DNA of 64,000 nt, taken from NCBI RefSeq assembly GCF_009914755.1, contig NC_060935.1. The stretch is one strand, 5' to 3'. Positions 18,449 to 29,711 of this stretch are shown piece after piece. Each line of letters begins with the position of its first letter. Within the stretch, counting starts at the first letter, position 1. Below the pieces are notes generated by a model. That model searched no databases. It had not been told where the DNA came from and worked only from the letters and a program-made list of their open reading frames with translations. Origin of the DNA: the human T2T-CHM13v2.0 reference genome, Homo sapiens. The translations under genes and the position numbers were made by a program.

Positions 18449-21400
18449 TGAGTCTCTTCATAGGTTTCTAAGAACTTGCTTTATGAATCTGGTTGCACTT
18501 GTATTGGGTGCATATATATCTAGGATAGTTAGGTCTTCTTGTTCAATTGAGCTTTTTACTATTATGTAATACCCTTCTTTGTCTTTTTTTAAATTGTTAT
18601 TTGTTCAGAGTCTGTTTTGTCTGAAACTAGAATAGCAACCCCTGCTTTTTTATGGTTTCCATTTGCTTGGTAGATTTTTCTCCATCCCTTTACTTTGAGC
18701 CTATTGGTGTCATTTCATATGAGATGAGTCTCTTGTAGACAGCATACCATTGGGTTTTGCTTCTTTACCCAACTTGCCACTCTGTGCCTTTTAATGGGGC
18801 ATTTAGTACATTTACATTCAAGGTTAGTATTTGGTGTGTGCAGATTTGATCCTGTCATCATGTTGTTAGCTGGTTATACAGACTTGTTTATGTGGTTGCT
18901 TTATAGTATCACTGGTCTATGTACTTAAGTGTGTTTTTGTAGTGGCCAGTAATAGTCTTTCCTTTCCATATTTAGCACTCTCTGCAGCACCTCTTGTAAG
19001 GCAGGTCTGATGGTAATGAATTCCCTTAGCATTTGCTTGTCTGAAAAATATCTTATTTCTTCTTCACTTATGAAGCTTAGTGTGGCTGGATGTGAAATTC
19101 TTGGTTGTAAATTCTCTTCTTTAAGAATGCTTAATATAGGCCCCCAATCTCTTCCAGCTTTTAGGGTTTCTGCCACCAGGTTTGCTGTTAACCTGATGGG
19201 ATTCCCTTTGTAGATGACCTATCTCTTCTCCCTGGCTGCCTTTAACATTTTTTCTTTTATTTTGACCTTGGAGAATCTAAGAACTGTGTGGTTGGGGGAT
19301 GGTCTTCTTCTTCTGTAGTATTTTGCAGGGGTTCTCTGCATTTCCTGAATTTGAATGTTGGCCTCTCTAGCCAGGTTGGACAAATTTTCATGGATGATAT
19401 GAAAATATGAAATACATTTTGCAAGTTGCTTGGTTTCTTTCCCTCTCAGGGATGCCAATGAGTCATAGATTTGGTCTTTTTATATACTTCCATATTTTTT
19501 GGAGGTTTTGTTTATTCTTCTTTATTCTTTTTTCTTTATTTTTGTCTGACTGAGTTATTTTGGAGAGCCAGTCTTTGAGCTCTGAGGTTCTTTCCTCAGC
19601 TTGGTTAATTCTGTTATTAATACTACTGCATTATGAAATTCTTGTAGTGTGTTTTTCAGCTCTATCAGATCAGTTTGCTTCTTATAATGGCCATTTTGTC
19701 TATCAGCTTCTGTATCGTTTTATTGTAATACTTAGATTCCTTGGACTGGGTTTTAACTTTCTCCTGAATGTCGATATTTTTGTTCCTATCCATGTTCTGA
19801 TTTCTATTCCTGTTATCTCAACCATTTCAGACTAGTTAAGAATTATTGTTGGGGAACTAGTGCAGTCATTTGAGGTAAGAAGACATTCTGGCTTTTTGAG
19901 TTGTCAGAGTTCTTGCACTGGTTCTTATGTTTGTGGGCTGTGTTGTTCCTTCAGTCTTTGAAGTTGCTATCCTTTGGATTTTTTTTTTTAATCCTCTTTG
20001 ATGTCCTTGGGGGTTTGATTCTGGTATAAGGGGGAGTCAGTTGACTGGCTTCATTTCTGGAAGATTTTAGGGGCCAGAACTCAGCTCATGACTCTTGGAC
20101 TATGTGCTCCAACTCTGGGGGGCTGGTATTGGCCCTGGCTTTGTTCTCTGGCCTCTTAAGGTTAGGAACCTGCCACACTGGAGGAGCTAAGGTGTTCCCA
20201 GGCTGCTGGTCACAACACACTGATGGATGGTGCCAGCCAAAACGCTTTTTTGGGTGGTGGCAATGGGATTCATGCTTGTTTTTATGTGCCAGCAGCAGTG
20301 GCAGCGTGGCAGGGTACACGCTGTGGTGGGGTGCCGGCAGGTGCAGGGGTGCTGGCCTCCTTGTGGGCATTTGCAGTGGTGGTGGTTGCAGTGCTGCACC
20401 AGAGGATGGAGCGGCGGGAGTGGGGCCTACTGGCATCAGTGTGCATGTTCACTCTGGTGGCAGTGTCAGCATGTCATGGGGCACTCACAGGCATGGGGCT
20501 GGTTCCCTCCAGGTAGGCGTTCATGTGCAGCAGTGGCCGTGCAGGGCAGGGGGTAGGGCTGCTCGTCTCCTTGAGTGCCTTTGCATTGGCAGTAGTGACA
20601 CACCATTGCAGGCAGGGTGCGCTCACATTGGCAGCAGTGGCATGGTGGGATGCATGCACACTGGTGGGGAAGCAGAGGTGAGGTCTGCCTGCACACACAC
20701 ATGTGAGTAAAATGATGTAGGTGTTGCTATGGATGAGTGCATGCTGGAAAAGTGGCATGAGGGAGGACGCAGTGGGGGAAGGGCACAGGCAGGCTCATGC
20801 TGGTTGGTGTGGTCTGCTGTGATGGTCAGGCATGGTCTGCCAGCACAGGAGCTATTATGTGGGCCTCTGGGAGGCACCCCGGTGGGCATCTGAGGTTACA
20901 CTGCAAGCAGGGCTGGGGCCCTGGGAGAGGCTGGTAGACAGGGGTGCACTCATGTAAAACTGGCCCTGTCTCACGGGCAAGATCGCCCTGCACTGTTCAC
21001 GTCCGACAGTTCCCCTGTGGCTAATGTCTCCTAGGGGAGCAAGGTGGGCCTTGGGGGATGGACAGCCTGACCATGCCCCACTACAGATACTCCTGTACCA
21101 AACCCTCTAGGCTTTGCACCGGCTGGAATTCTGCCCACCACCTCTCTAAGCAGCTCTCCCTGCCAGCGCAAGTGTCAGTGGGGTTATGGGGTCTCCTGCT
21201 GCCAGGATTCCAGAGGTCTGTGGAGTGAGCAGGTCTCTTCTCACTTGTTCAATTCATCCCTTCCCCAGGAGCCACTGGGGGCCAGGAACAAGTCCTGGTG
21301 CACGGTAGCCCTCTTCAAGGTTCCCACCTTCCTCCTCCTTTGGCCCAGCATCTGTGTCTTCCCTCTGTCCACTCTTAATGCCTTCCCTCCAAAGATCTGC

Positions 21401-21499
21401 TAAGAGTGTACCTAATGTTCCAGTCTCTCGGTAGTAGATGTTCCTCCTGGCTGCTTCTAGCCAGCTATCTTGTTTTTGGGATTTGCTCTAGAGCATTTT

Positions 21500-23080
21500 C
21501 TTCACTCCTAAGAGAAACCCTCTATCTCATTCTCTCCTTGCCCTTAACCTCAATCCTAGGCAGCTACTAATCTACCTTTTGTCTGTATAGGTTTACCTAT
21601 ACTGGACATTTCATATGAAAGGAATTATATGATATATCGTCTTTTGTGACTGTTTTTTCTCTTTGCATAATGTTTTAAAGTTCATCCACATTGTAGTGGA
21701 TGTATCAGTACTTCATTCTTTTTATTGCTGAATAATTTATTGTATAGATGTACCACATTTGGTTTATCCATTTATCAGTTAGTAGACTTTGGCATTCTTT
21801 TCACTTCTTGGTGTTTATGAATTATGAACGATTGTGTATGAGCAGTTGTGTACACATTTTTGTGTGGACATTCATTTCTTTTAGGACATTCATTTCTAGG
21901 AGTGAACCTGCTGGATCATATAGTAATTCTATGTTTAACATTTCAAAGAACTGCTAAACAGTTTTCCACCAGCAATATGTGAGGGTTCCAATTTCTCTGT
22001 ATCCTCCAACACTTATTATTGTCCTTCTCTTCTGTTATAGCTATCCTAGTAGATGTGAATTGGTATCTCACTGTCCTTTTGATTTGTAGTATATTTTCCT
22101 GATGACTAATGATCTTCAGTATCTTTTCATGTGCTTGTTGCCCAGTTGTGTAACTCTTGTGGATAAAATGTCTATGCATGTGCTTTACCCATTTTTTAAT
22201 TGGGTTGTCTTTTTATTATCAAATTGTTAAGTGTTTATATATATATAAATTTATACATAAAATGTATATATATAATATGTATATATTCTGGATACAAGTT
22301 CCTTATCAGATAGTTGATTTGCAAGTATTTTCTCCCATTCTGTAGACTGTTATCTTACTTGATTAATAGTATTGTTTATGGCATAAGATTTTTAAATTAG
22401 TCACTTCTTTTTTTCTTATGTTGCTTGTGCTTTTGATGAATTATCTAATAATAATTGTTTATCTTGAGATCATGAAGATTTATTCCTATGTGTTCTTTTA
22501 AGATTTTATAGTTTTTAGCTCTTAATTTTAGGTCTGTGATCCATTTCGAGTTAATTTTTATGTATGCTGTAAATAAGTGGTTCATCTTCATTCTTTTGAA
22601 TATAGGTGTCTAGTTGTCTCAGCATCACCTGTTGAAAACACTATTCTTTCCTCATTGAATTTTCTTGGTACTCTTGTCAAAAATCAATTGACTATAAATG
22701 TGAGGGTTTATTTCTGAACTTTGAGTTCTGTTCCATTGTTCTGTATGTGTCAGTATTACAATGTCTTGATTCCTATAACTTTGTGGTAACTTTTGAAATT
22801 GGGAGGAATGAGATCTTCATCTTTGTTCTTCTTTTTCAAGAAAGTGTTTTGCTACTATGGGTTCCTTGCATTTCCATCTGAATTTTATGATTAACTTGTT
22901 AATTTCTGCCAAAGAAAAGCCAAGTGGCATTTTGATAGGGAGTGTTGTAAATTTGAGAAATATTACCATCTTACCAATCTTTTCTCTTGATCCATGAACA
23001 TGTTATGTCTTTCCATTTATTTTGATCATCTGTCATTTCTTTCAATTATCTTTTTAGTTTTCATTATACAGTCCTGCACT
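21500..23080 (-). mobile_element. Old L1M (L1MB-like), remainder of the element split by the 7.1-kb L1
   Basis: L1 3' UTR and ORF2-end motifs; ORF 21943..22179 is ORF2-like. Confidence 0.75.
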
Positions 23081-23195
23081 GTAAACATTGTATAACATTT
23101 GACTATGCTGACCTACTAAAATTATAATAGCAGTGACCTGAAGCCTAGAATTTTATTGCAATCACATTGTTTCTTCCTATAATAGCTACATGGTG

Positions 23196-23196
<1 letters not shown>

Positions 23197-23250
<54 letters not shown>

Positions 23251-23262
23251 CGCGCGCGCGCG
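23197..23262. repeat. Compound microsatellite (TG)23(CG)10
   Basis: Read directly; ends 22 nt before exon 23285. Confidence 0.97.
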
Positions 23263-23284
23263 TTTTCATTGTTTTTTTCTTTAG

Positions 23285-23431
23285 GAACTTGACTATGAGG
23301 AACCTGACTATGAGGAATCTTCATCTCTTGTAACTGATGAGAAAGGGAAAGAAGATTTGTTTGGGAGAGGCCAGCAGGACCAGCAGGCTATCCATTCTGA
23401 AGATAAGAACAAACCTTTCAGCAGAGTTCAG
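23285..23431 (+). CDS. CCDC15: CCDC15 coding exon (probably exon 7), 147 nt, ELDYEEPDYEESSSLVTDEKGKEDLFGRGQQDQQAIHSEDKNKPFSRVQ
   Basis: ttttctttAG acceptor, CAG/GTAAAG donor, 49 open codons. Confidence 0.93.
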
Positions 23432-23669
23432 GTAAAGCAATAAGAGAAATTAAATTAATTGTGATTTGGACTAGGTATTGCCAGTAATGTTGTACTGATT
23501 TAGGATTGTAGATTTAGCTTTTGTTAAGTTGGACAAAGATTATAATTTCACATTTTGTTCTAGTAATTTGCTTCACTGCCATATCATTTTGATATTTTGA
23601 TTATTTTGGAAAATCTAGAGTATTGCTACTAACTCACATTCTGTATTTGGTGTTTATGTTCACTTTTAG

Positions 23670-24677
23670 AAAGTAAAATTCAAAAATCCATTATTTGTTC
23701 TGATGGAAGAGGAAGAACAAAAGCAGTTACATTTTGAGGGCCTTCAGGATATTCTGCCAGAAGCCCAGGATTATTTTCTAGAAGCCCAAGGTGATTTGCT
23801 GGAAACCCAGGGTGATTTGACAGGAATCCAGAGTGTTAAGCCAGATACCCAGGCTGTTGAAATGAAGGTTCAGGTTACTGAGCCAGAAGGCCAGGCCATT
23901 GAGCCAGAAGGCCAGCCTATTAAGACAGAAACTCAGGGTATTATGCTGAAAGCCCAGAGTATTGAGCTAGAAGAAGGGAGTATTGTGTTGAAAACCCAGG
24001 ATTTTCTACCCACAAATCAGGCTCTTCTAACGAAAAACCAGGATGTTTTACTCAAAGACCACTGTGTTCTCCCTAAAGACCAGAGTATTCTACTCAAATA
24101 TCAGGACCAGGACTTCCTACCCAGAGACCAGCATGTTCTCCACAAAGACCAAGATATTCTGCCAAAATATCAGGACCAGAATTTTCTACCTAAGGACCAG
24201 AATTTTTTATCTAGAGACCAGCATGTTCTCCCCAAAGACCAAGATATTCTGCCAAAATATCAGGACCAGAATTTTCTACCTAAGGACCAGAATTTTTTGT
24301 CTAGAGACCAGCATGTTCTCCCCAAAGACCAGAATATTCTACCTAAATATCAAGACCAGGATTTTCTACCTAAAGACCAGGACTTTTTATCTAGAGACCA
24401 GCATGTTCTCCCCAAAGACTGGAATATTCTACCCAAATGTCAGGACCAGGATTTTCTACCCAGAGACCAAGGTGTTCTTCCCAAAGACCAAAATATTCTA
24501 CCCATATGTCAGGACCAGGATTTTCTACCCAGAGACCAAGGTTATCTTCCTAAAGACCAAAATATTCTACCCATATGTCAGGACCGGGATTTTCTACCCA
24601 GAGACCTGCATGTTCTCTCCAACGACCAGAATATTCTACCCAAATGTCAGGACCAAGATTTTCTACCAAAATATCAG
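23670..24677 (+). CDS. CCDC15: CCDC15 large repeat exon (probably exon 8), 1008 nt / 336 aa, KVKFKNPLFVLMEEEEQ...QDQDFLPKYQ
   Basis: cactttTAG acceptor ending 23669, CAG/GTAAAA donor at 24678; contains the 327-aa ORF at 23703..24686; QDQDFLP repeats typical of CCDC15. Confidence 0.95.
23739..24677 (+). repeat. Coding tandem repeat: 21-nt (7-aa) monomers, with 69-nt and 90-nt higher-order units from 24054
   Basis: Heptads such as GLQDILP EAQDYFL EAQGDLL, then RDQHVLP/KDQNILP/KYQDQDFLP/KDQNFLS units; near-identical 90-nt copies at about 24123-24392. Confidence 0.92.
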
Positions 24678-24753
24678 GTAAAATAGAGCAGAAAGGAGAT
24701 ACAAAAAGAAGAAATAAGCTACTTAGGGTTTGAGGAGGGATTTGTAAGGACTG

Positions 24754-27081
24754 CAAGTATACCTTGGAGATACTGTGGGTTCAGTTCCAGGCCATTGCAA
24801 TAAAGCAAATATTGGAATAAAGTAAGTCACACAAATTTCTTGGCTTCCCAGTACATATAAAAGTTATGTTTATATTGTACTGTAGTTTATTAGTGTGCAA
24901 TAGCATAATGCCTAAAAAAAGTACATACCTTAATTTAAAAATACTTTGTTGCTAAAAAATGCTTACGATTATCTGAGTCTTCGGCAAGCCATAATCTTTT
25001 TGCTGGTGGAGGGTCTTGGCTCAATGTTGTTATCTGCTGACTAATCAGGGTGGTGATTACTGATGTTTGGGGTGGCTGTGGAAGTTACTTAAGATGATGA
25101 AGTTTGCCACATCATTTGACTCTTCCTTTCACGAAACATTTCTCTGTAGCATGTGATAATGTTTGATAGCATTTGATCTACAGTAGAACTTCTTTCAGAA
25201 TTGGAATCAATTCCCTCAAACCCTGCCACTGCTTTATCAGCTAAGTCCATGTAATATTCTAAACCCTTTGTTGTCATTTTAACAATGTTCACAGTAGATT
25301 CCATCTCAAGAAAACACTTTCTTTGCTCATCATAAGAAGTAACTCCTTATCCATTTAAGTTTGAACATGAGATTGCAGCAATTCACTCACATCTTCAGGC
25401 TCCACTTCTAATTCTAGTTCTCTTGCTGTTTCTACCACATTACAATTACTTCCTTCACTGAAGTCTTGAATGCCTCAAAGTCCATGAGGGTTCGAATCAA
25501 CTTCTTCCAAACTCCTGTTAAGGTTGATATTTTGACCTCCTCCCATGATTCATGAATGTTCTTAATGGCATCAAGATGGTGGACCCTTTCCAGAGGGTAT
25601 CAACTTACTTTGCCCATATCTATCAGAGGAATTGCTGTCCGTGACAGAAATGTATTTTATAAATAACAAGACTTGAAAGTCAAAATTATTTCTTGATCCA
25701 CAAACTACAGAATGGATGTTGTGTTAGCAGCCATGAAAAAACAACATTAATCTCCTTGTATATCTTCATCAGAGCTCTTGGGTGACTAGGTGCATTGTCA
25801 ATGAGCAGTTTAAAAGGCATCTTTATTTTTTTTGGAACAGTTGGTCTCAACAGTAAGTGTAAAATATTCTGTAAAACATGCTGTAAACAGATGTGCTGTC
25901 ATCTTGGCTTTGTTATTCCCTTCACAAAGCACAAGAAAAGTAGATTTAGTGCCATTCTTACGGGTCCTAGGACTTTTGGAATGGTAAATGTGCATTGGCT
26001 TCAACTTAAAGTCACCAGCTGCATTAGCCACTAACAAGAGAGTCAGCCTGTCCTTTGAAACTTTGAAGCCAGACATTGACTTTTTCTCTCTAGCTGTGAA
26101 ACTCCTAGTCATCTTCTTCCAATATAAGGCTGTTTTGTCCAAACTGAAAATCTGTTGTCCAGTGTAGCCACCTTCATCAGTGATCTTAGCTAGATCTTCT
26201 AGATAACTTGCTGTAGCCTCTCATCAGCACTTACCGCTTCACCTTGCCCTTTGATGTTATAGAGACACCTTATTTCCTTAAACCTCATGAACCAACCTCT
26301 GCTAACTTCCAACTTTTCTTCTGTAGTTTTTTCACTTCTCTCAGCCTTCATAATATTGAAGAGAGTTAGGGCCTTGCTCTGGATCAGGCTTTGGCTTAAG
26401 GAGCTGTTGTGGCTGGTTTGATCTGTCCATACTGCTAAAACATTTTGCATATCAGCAATAAGGCTATTTTGCTTTCTTATCATGTATTCACTGGAGTAGA
26501 TTTTAATTTCCTTCAAGAACTTTTCCTTTGCATTCACACAGGGCTGTTTGGTACAAGAGGCCTAGCCTTCGGACTGTCTTGGCTTTCAACAGGCCTGTTT
26601 CACTAAGCTTAATAATTTCTAGCTGTTGCTTTAAAGTGGGAGACATGTGGTTCTTTCTTTCACTTGAACACTTAGAGACCATTGTAGGGTTATTAATTGG
26701 CCTAATTTCAATATTGTTGTGTCTCAGTGAATAGGGAGGCCTAAGGAGAGGTAGGGGGGTGGCCAGGTGGTAGAACAGTGAGAACACACACAACATTTAT
26801 CAGTTAGGTTTGCTGTCTTAGATGAGCGTGGTTATGGTGCCCCAAAACAATTAGGATAGTAACATCAGAGATCACTGATCATAGATCACTATACCAGATA
26901 TAATAGTAATGGAAAAGTCTGAACTATTGTGAAAATTTCCAAAATGTGACACAGAGACATTACACGAGCACATGCTGTTGGAAAAGTGACACCAGTGTAT
27001 TGGCTTGACGTATGATTGCCACAAACCTTCAGTTTGTAAAAAACACAACATCTGCAAAGCATAATAAAAATAGGTATGCTG
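24754..27081 (-). mobile_element. Near-full-length Tigger1 (pogo-like DNA transposon), transposase broken
   Basis: TIR-like ends caagtatacctt and aggtatgctg followed by TA; transposase fragments 26199..26537, 25810..26142 ([20 protein letters not shown]) and 25089..25304. Confidence 0.92.
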
Positions 27082-27302
27082 TATATTGTACCTGATTTGG
27101 AGATCCATACTTGGAAAAAATAGTTTCTTGATTGATTTCTCAAAACTCCAGTGCTCTTACTAAATGTTAAAGTATTACCAGCAGCATATTACTCCAAATA
27201 AACAATTTGCTGTTTCTTTTCTTTTTATTCAATTTTTTAAATCAACACTCTACCCAGATTTTATGAACAATTTAATTTTTTATTTTTAATCTTCTTCATT
27301 GG

Positions 27303-27425
27303 GAGAAATATTTCTGGCAGCCATTATCTGCTTAGACAGCTGAAAGATGGAAAAAGGAGTGGTCCATAAGTACTCAGCAGTATCTTTCACACAGGTTCCA
27401 AGGCCATCCCTCCACCAGAGATGAG
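27303..27425 (+). other. Dead pseudo-exon copy of the 41-codon CCDC15 cassette
   Basis: Reads EKYFWQPLSA*TAERWKKEWSISTQQYLSHRFQGHPSTRDE (123 nt); acceptor reads TGG, donor reads TTAGAC; flanks resemble those of the real exons. Confidence 0.7.
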
Positions 27426-27637
27426 TTAGACTAAAAGGAAGAAGAAAGACCAACAGGAATTAGATTACTTAGGGTTGTGGTTGGACTTTTGTGGAATGGA
27501 GTGTAGTTTTTGGTTTTTCCATAAGGTGCTCAATTATATTCTGATCTTGGTTAACTCCAGAATTCTCACTAAAACCTAAAGTCTTAACCTGTCATTCTTA
27601 ACGGAGCAATTGATATGTTGTGTTTGTTCTTTCATAG

Positions 27638-27757
27638 AAAGCAAGTCTGAAGCAGCCAACATCCATTTTGATAGGTAGGAGAGGGAGAGAGGCACTTCCT
27701 CTGGATGTCCATCAGGATCTTCTATGCAGGCATCATCAGGCCTCCATCAGAGGCAAG
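27638..27757 (+). other. Intact cryptic exon copy (120 nt, stop-free, AG/GT)
   Basis: ttctttcaTAG, then KASLKQPTSILIGRRGREALPLDVHQDLLCRHHQASIRGK, then AAG/GTAGAA; homologous to exon 29123 (QP..R.RE.LPLD.HQ). Confidence 0.8.
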
Positions 27758-28003
27758 GTAGAAAAGAAAAATGACAGAGACCAACAGGAACTGAATTGTT
27801 TAGAGTGTAGTTTGAAGCTTTCAAAGGTTGTTCTCAGCTAAACTTCAGAACTGACAAAAAGTATGAGTGTCTCTTTTATTCCATAATGTTTTATATTATC
27901 CTGAAAAAAACTACCCTTTGGCCTTCAATGAAGCCTAGAATATTATTGCCATCATATTAGTCTTGCTAGACAATTTATAGTTTTTTATTATTTTATCTTT
28001 TAG

Positions 28004-28126
28004 AAAGTACACTTTAAGGAGCCATACTCTGATATGACAGATGAGAAAGGGAGAGAAGACTTTTCTCTGGCAGACTATCAGTGTTTGCCTCCCAAATCCC
28101 AGGACCAGGATGACATCAAAAATCAG
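28004..28126 (+). CDS. CCDC15: CCDC15 coding exon (probably exon 9), 123 nt, KVHFKEPYSDMTDEKGREDFSLADYQCLPPKSQDQDDIKNQ
   Basis: tatctttTAG acceptor, CAG/GTAGAG donor, 41 open codons. Confidence 0.92.
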
Positions 28127-28226
28127 GTAGAGTAGAAGAAAAAGATATAAACAGGAAGGAAGTACCCAGGTTTTATAAATCCCAACAACTGGTAATTTAG
28201 AATGAGGGATTTTGGAGCTAACCTAA

Positions 28227-28557
<331 letters not shown>

Positions 28558-29122
28558 TAGTGGGAAGATGATCCTAAGTCCTATTAGAACAGAGGAACTG
28601 CTTCAGGAGCATAGAGTGTTAAACACTAAACAATTCAGTTCCTCCTGGTCTCTCTCCTTTTTGTTTTTTTCTCTTCTACTTTGTACTTCAGTGGTACAAA
28701 AGACCCTGGTCTAGGGAACTATATGAGTCAAAATCAGTTCAGTGATTTCTGAGGCTGATGTATCACGTTCATATCTTATTCCAGAATCAGTTGACTATTT
28801 TAATTTAACAAGATTATTCTTCAACTCTTACCAAAGCCAACAGTATTGCTGCAAGCATAATGCCCCTACATGTACAATGTAGGAACTAGAAGATACTTAG
28901 GATTTGATGAGTTTGTCAGACTATTTTGTCAATGATGGGATTAAGAATTAAGGTCTACATAGTTGAGCTAAAAGTGTAACATCTCCCTCATATCAAAACG
29001 TATCAGAATATTTTTACCTGGTTTCATTTCTCTGGAGTTTTCACTGAAGCTTATGATATTATGATTAGCATTACACAATTTTTTTTCTGTTGTTGTTTTT
29101 CCTTTAAAATATGTTTCTCAAG

Positions 29123-29230
29123 CAACCTGCATCTTTTATGAGAGAAGAAAGAGTGAGAGAGGAATTGCCTCTGGACTATCATCAATATGTTGTACCTAAA
29201 ATCCAGGACCAAGACTCCCCTAGAGAACAG
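29123..29230 (+). CDS. CCDC15: CCDC15 coding exon (probably exon 10), 108 nt, QPASFMREERVREELPLDYHQYVVPKIQDQDSPREQ
   Basis: AAG acceptor ending 29122 (first AG after the T-rich tract), CAG/GTAGAA donor at 29231; the recalled protein reads ...KNQ-QPASF... across this junction. Confidence 0.88.
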
Positions 29231-29711
29231 GTAGAACCGAATACAGTAGGAGGACTGTATACCTTCTAAAAGGGGAACAAGCCTAAATCATATTAACATT
29301 GAGGCTGAAGCCTGTCAAGCTAGCTTGTTTGTGGAATACATAGAATTAAGGCCTCCAGAATTAAGCTAAGAGTATAATGTTTTTGGTTATTTCAAAATGT
29401 GCCAGAATAATCTGGAATTTGCTTTAAAATACTCCAGGAAAAACATTGGAGAAGAGATAGATAATAAAGCAAAATGTTGCTAATTGTTGAATCTGGGTAA
29501 TTGTTGAATCTTGAGATTCATTATACTTTTTTTTTTTCTACTTTGATGCAAGTTTGGAAATTTTTATGTTGAACACACACACAGCTTTAACTGTGTTCTA
29601 TTATCCTCACCTAGTGTCATTACTCTGGGATTGTCACTGAAGTCTATAATACTGTCACTAGCCCGTCATTTCTGCTTAGACAATCAGTTTTGTATTTTGT
29701 TGTTCCTTTAG

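Larger units (their letters stand above)
14366..21488 (-). mobile_element. Full-length older primate L1 (L1PA13-16/L1PB-like) with GC-rich 5' region, containing two Alus
   Basis: ORF2 and ORF1 remnants (16453..16737, 17368..17748, 18925..19176); TSD TAGAGCATTTT at 14355-14365 and 21489-21499. Confidence 0.85.

Noticed and set aside
20086-20889. Dense overlapping GC-rich ORFs (up to 202 aa) as a hidden gene or CpG-island promoter
   Set aside because: They lie within the TSD-bounded old L1 5' region; the sequence is TG/CA-rich and CpG-depleted, with no recognisable protein.
25089-26796. Domesticated TIGD/CENP-B-like gene
   Set aside because: The transposase is split by frameshifts and stops and sits inside ordinary Tigger1 ends.
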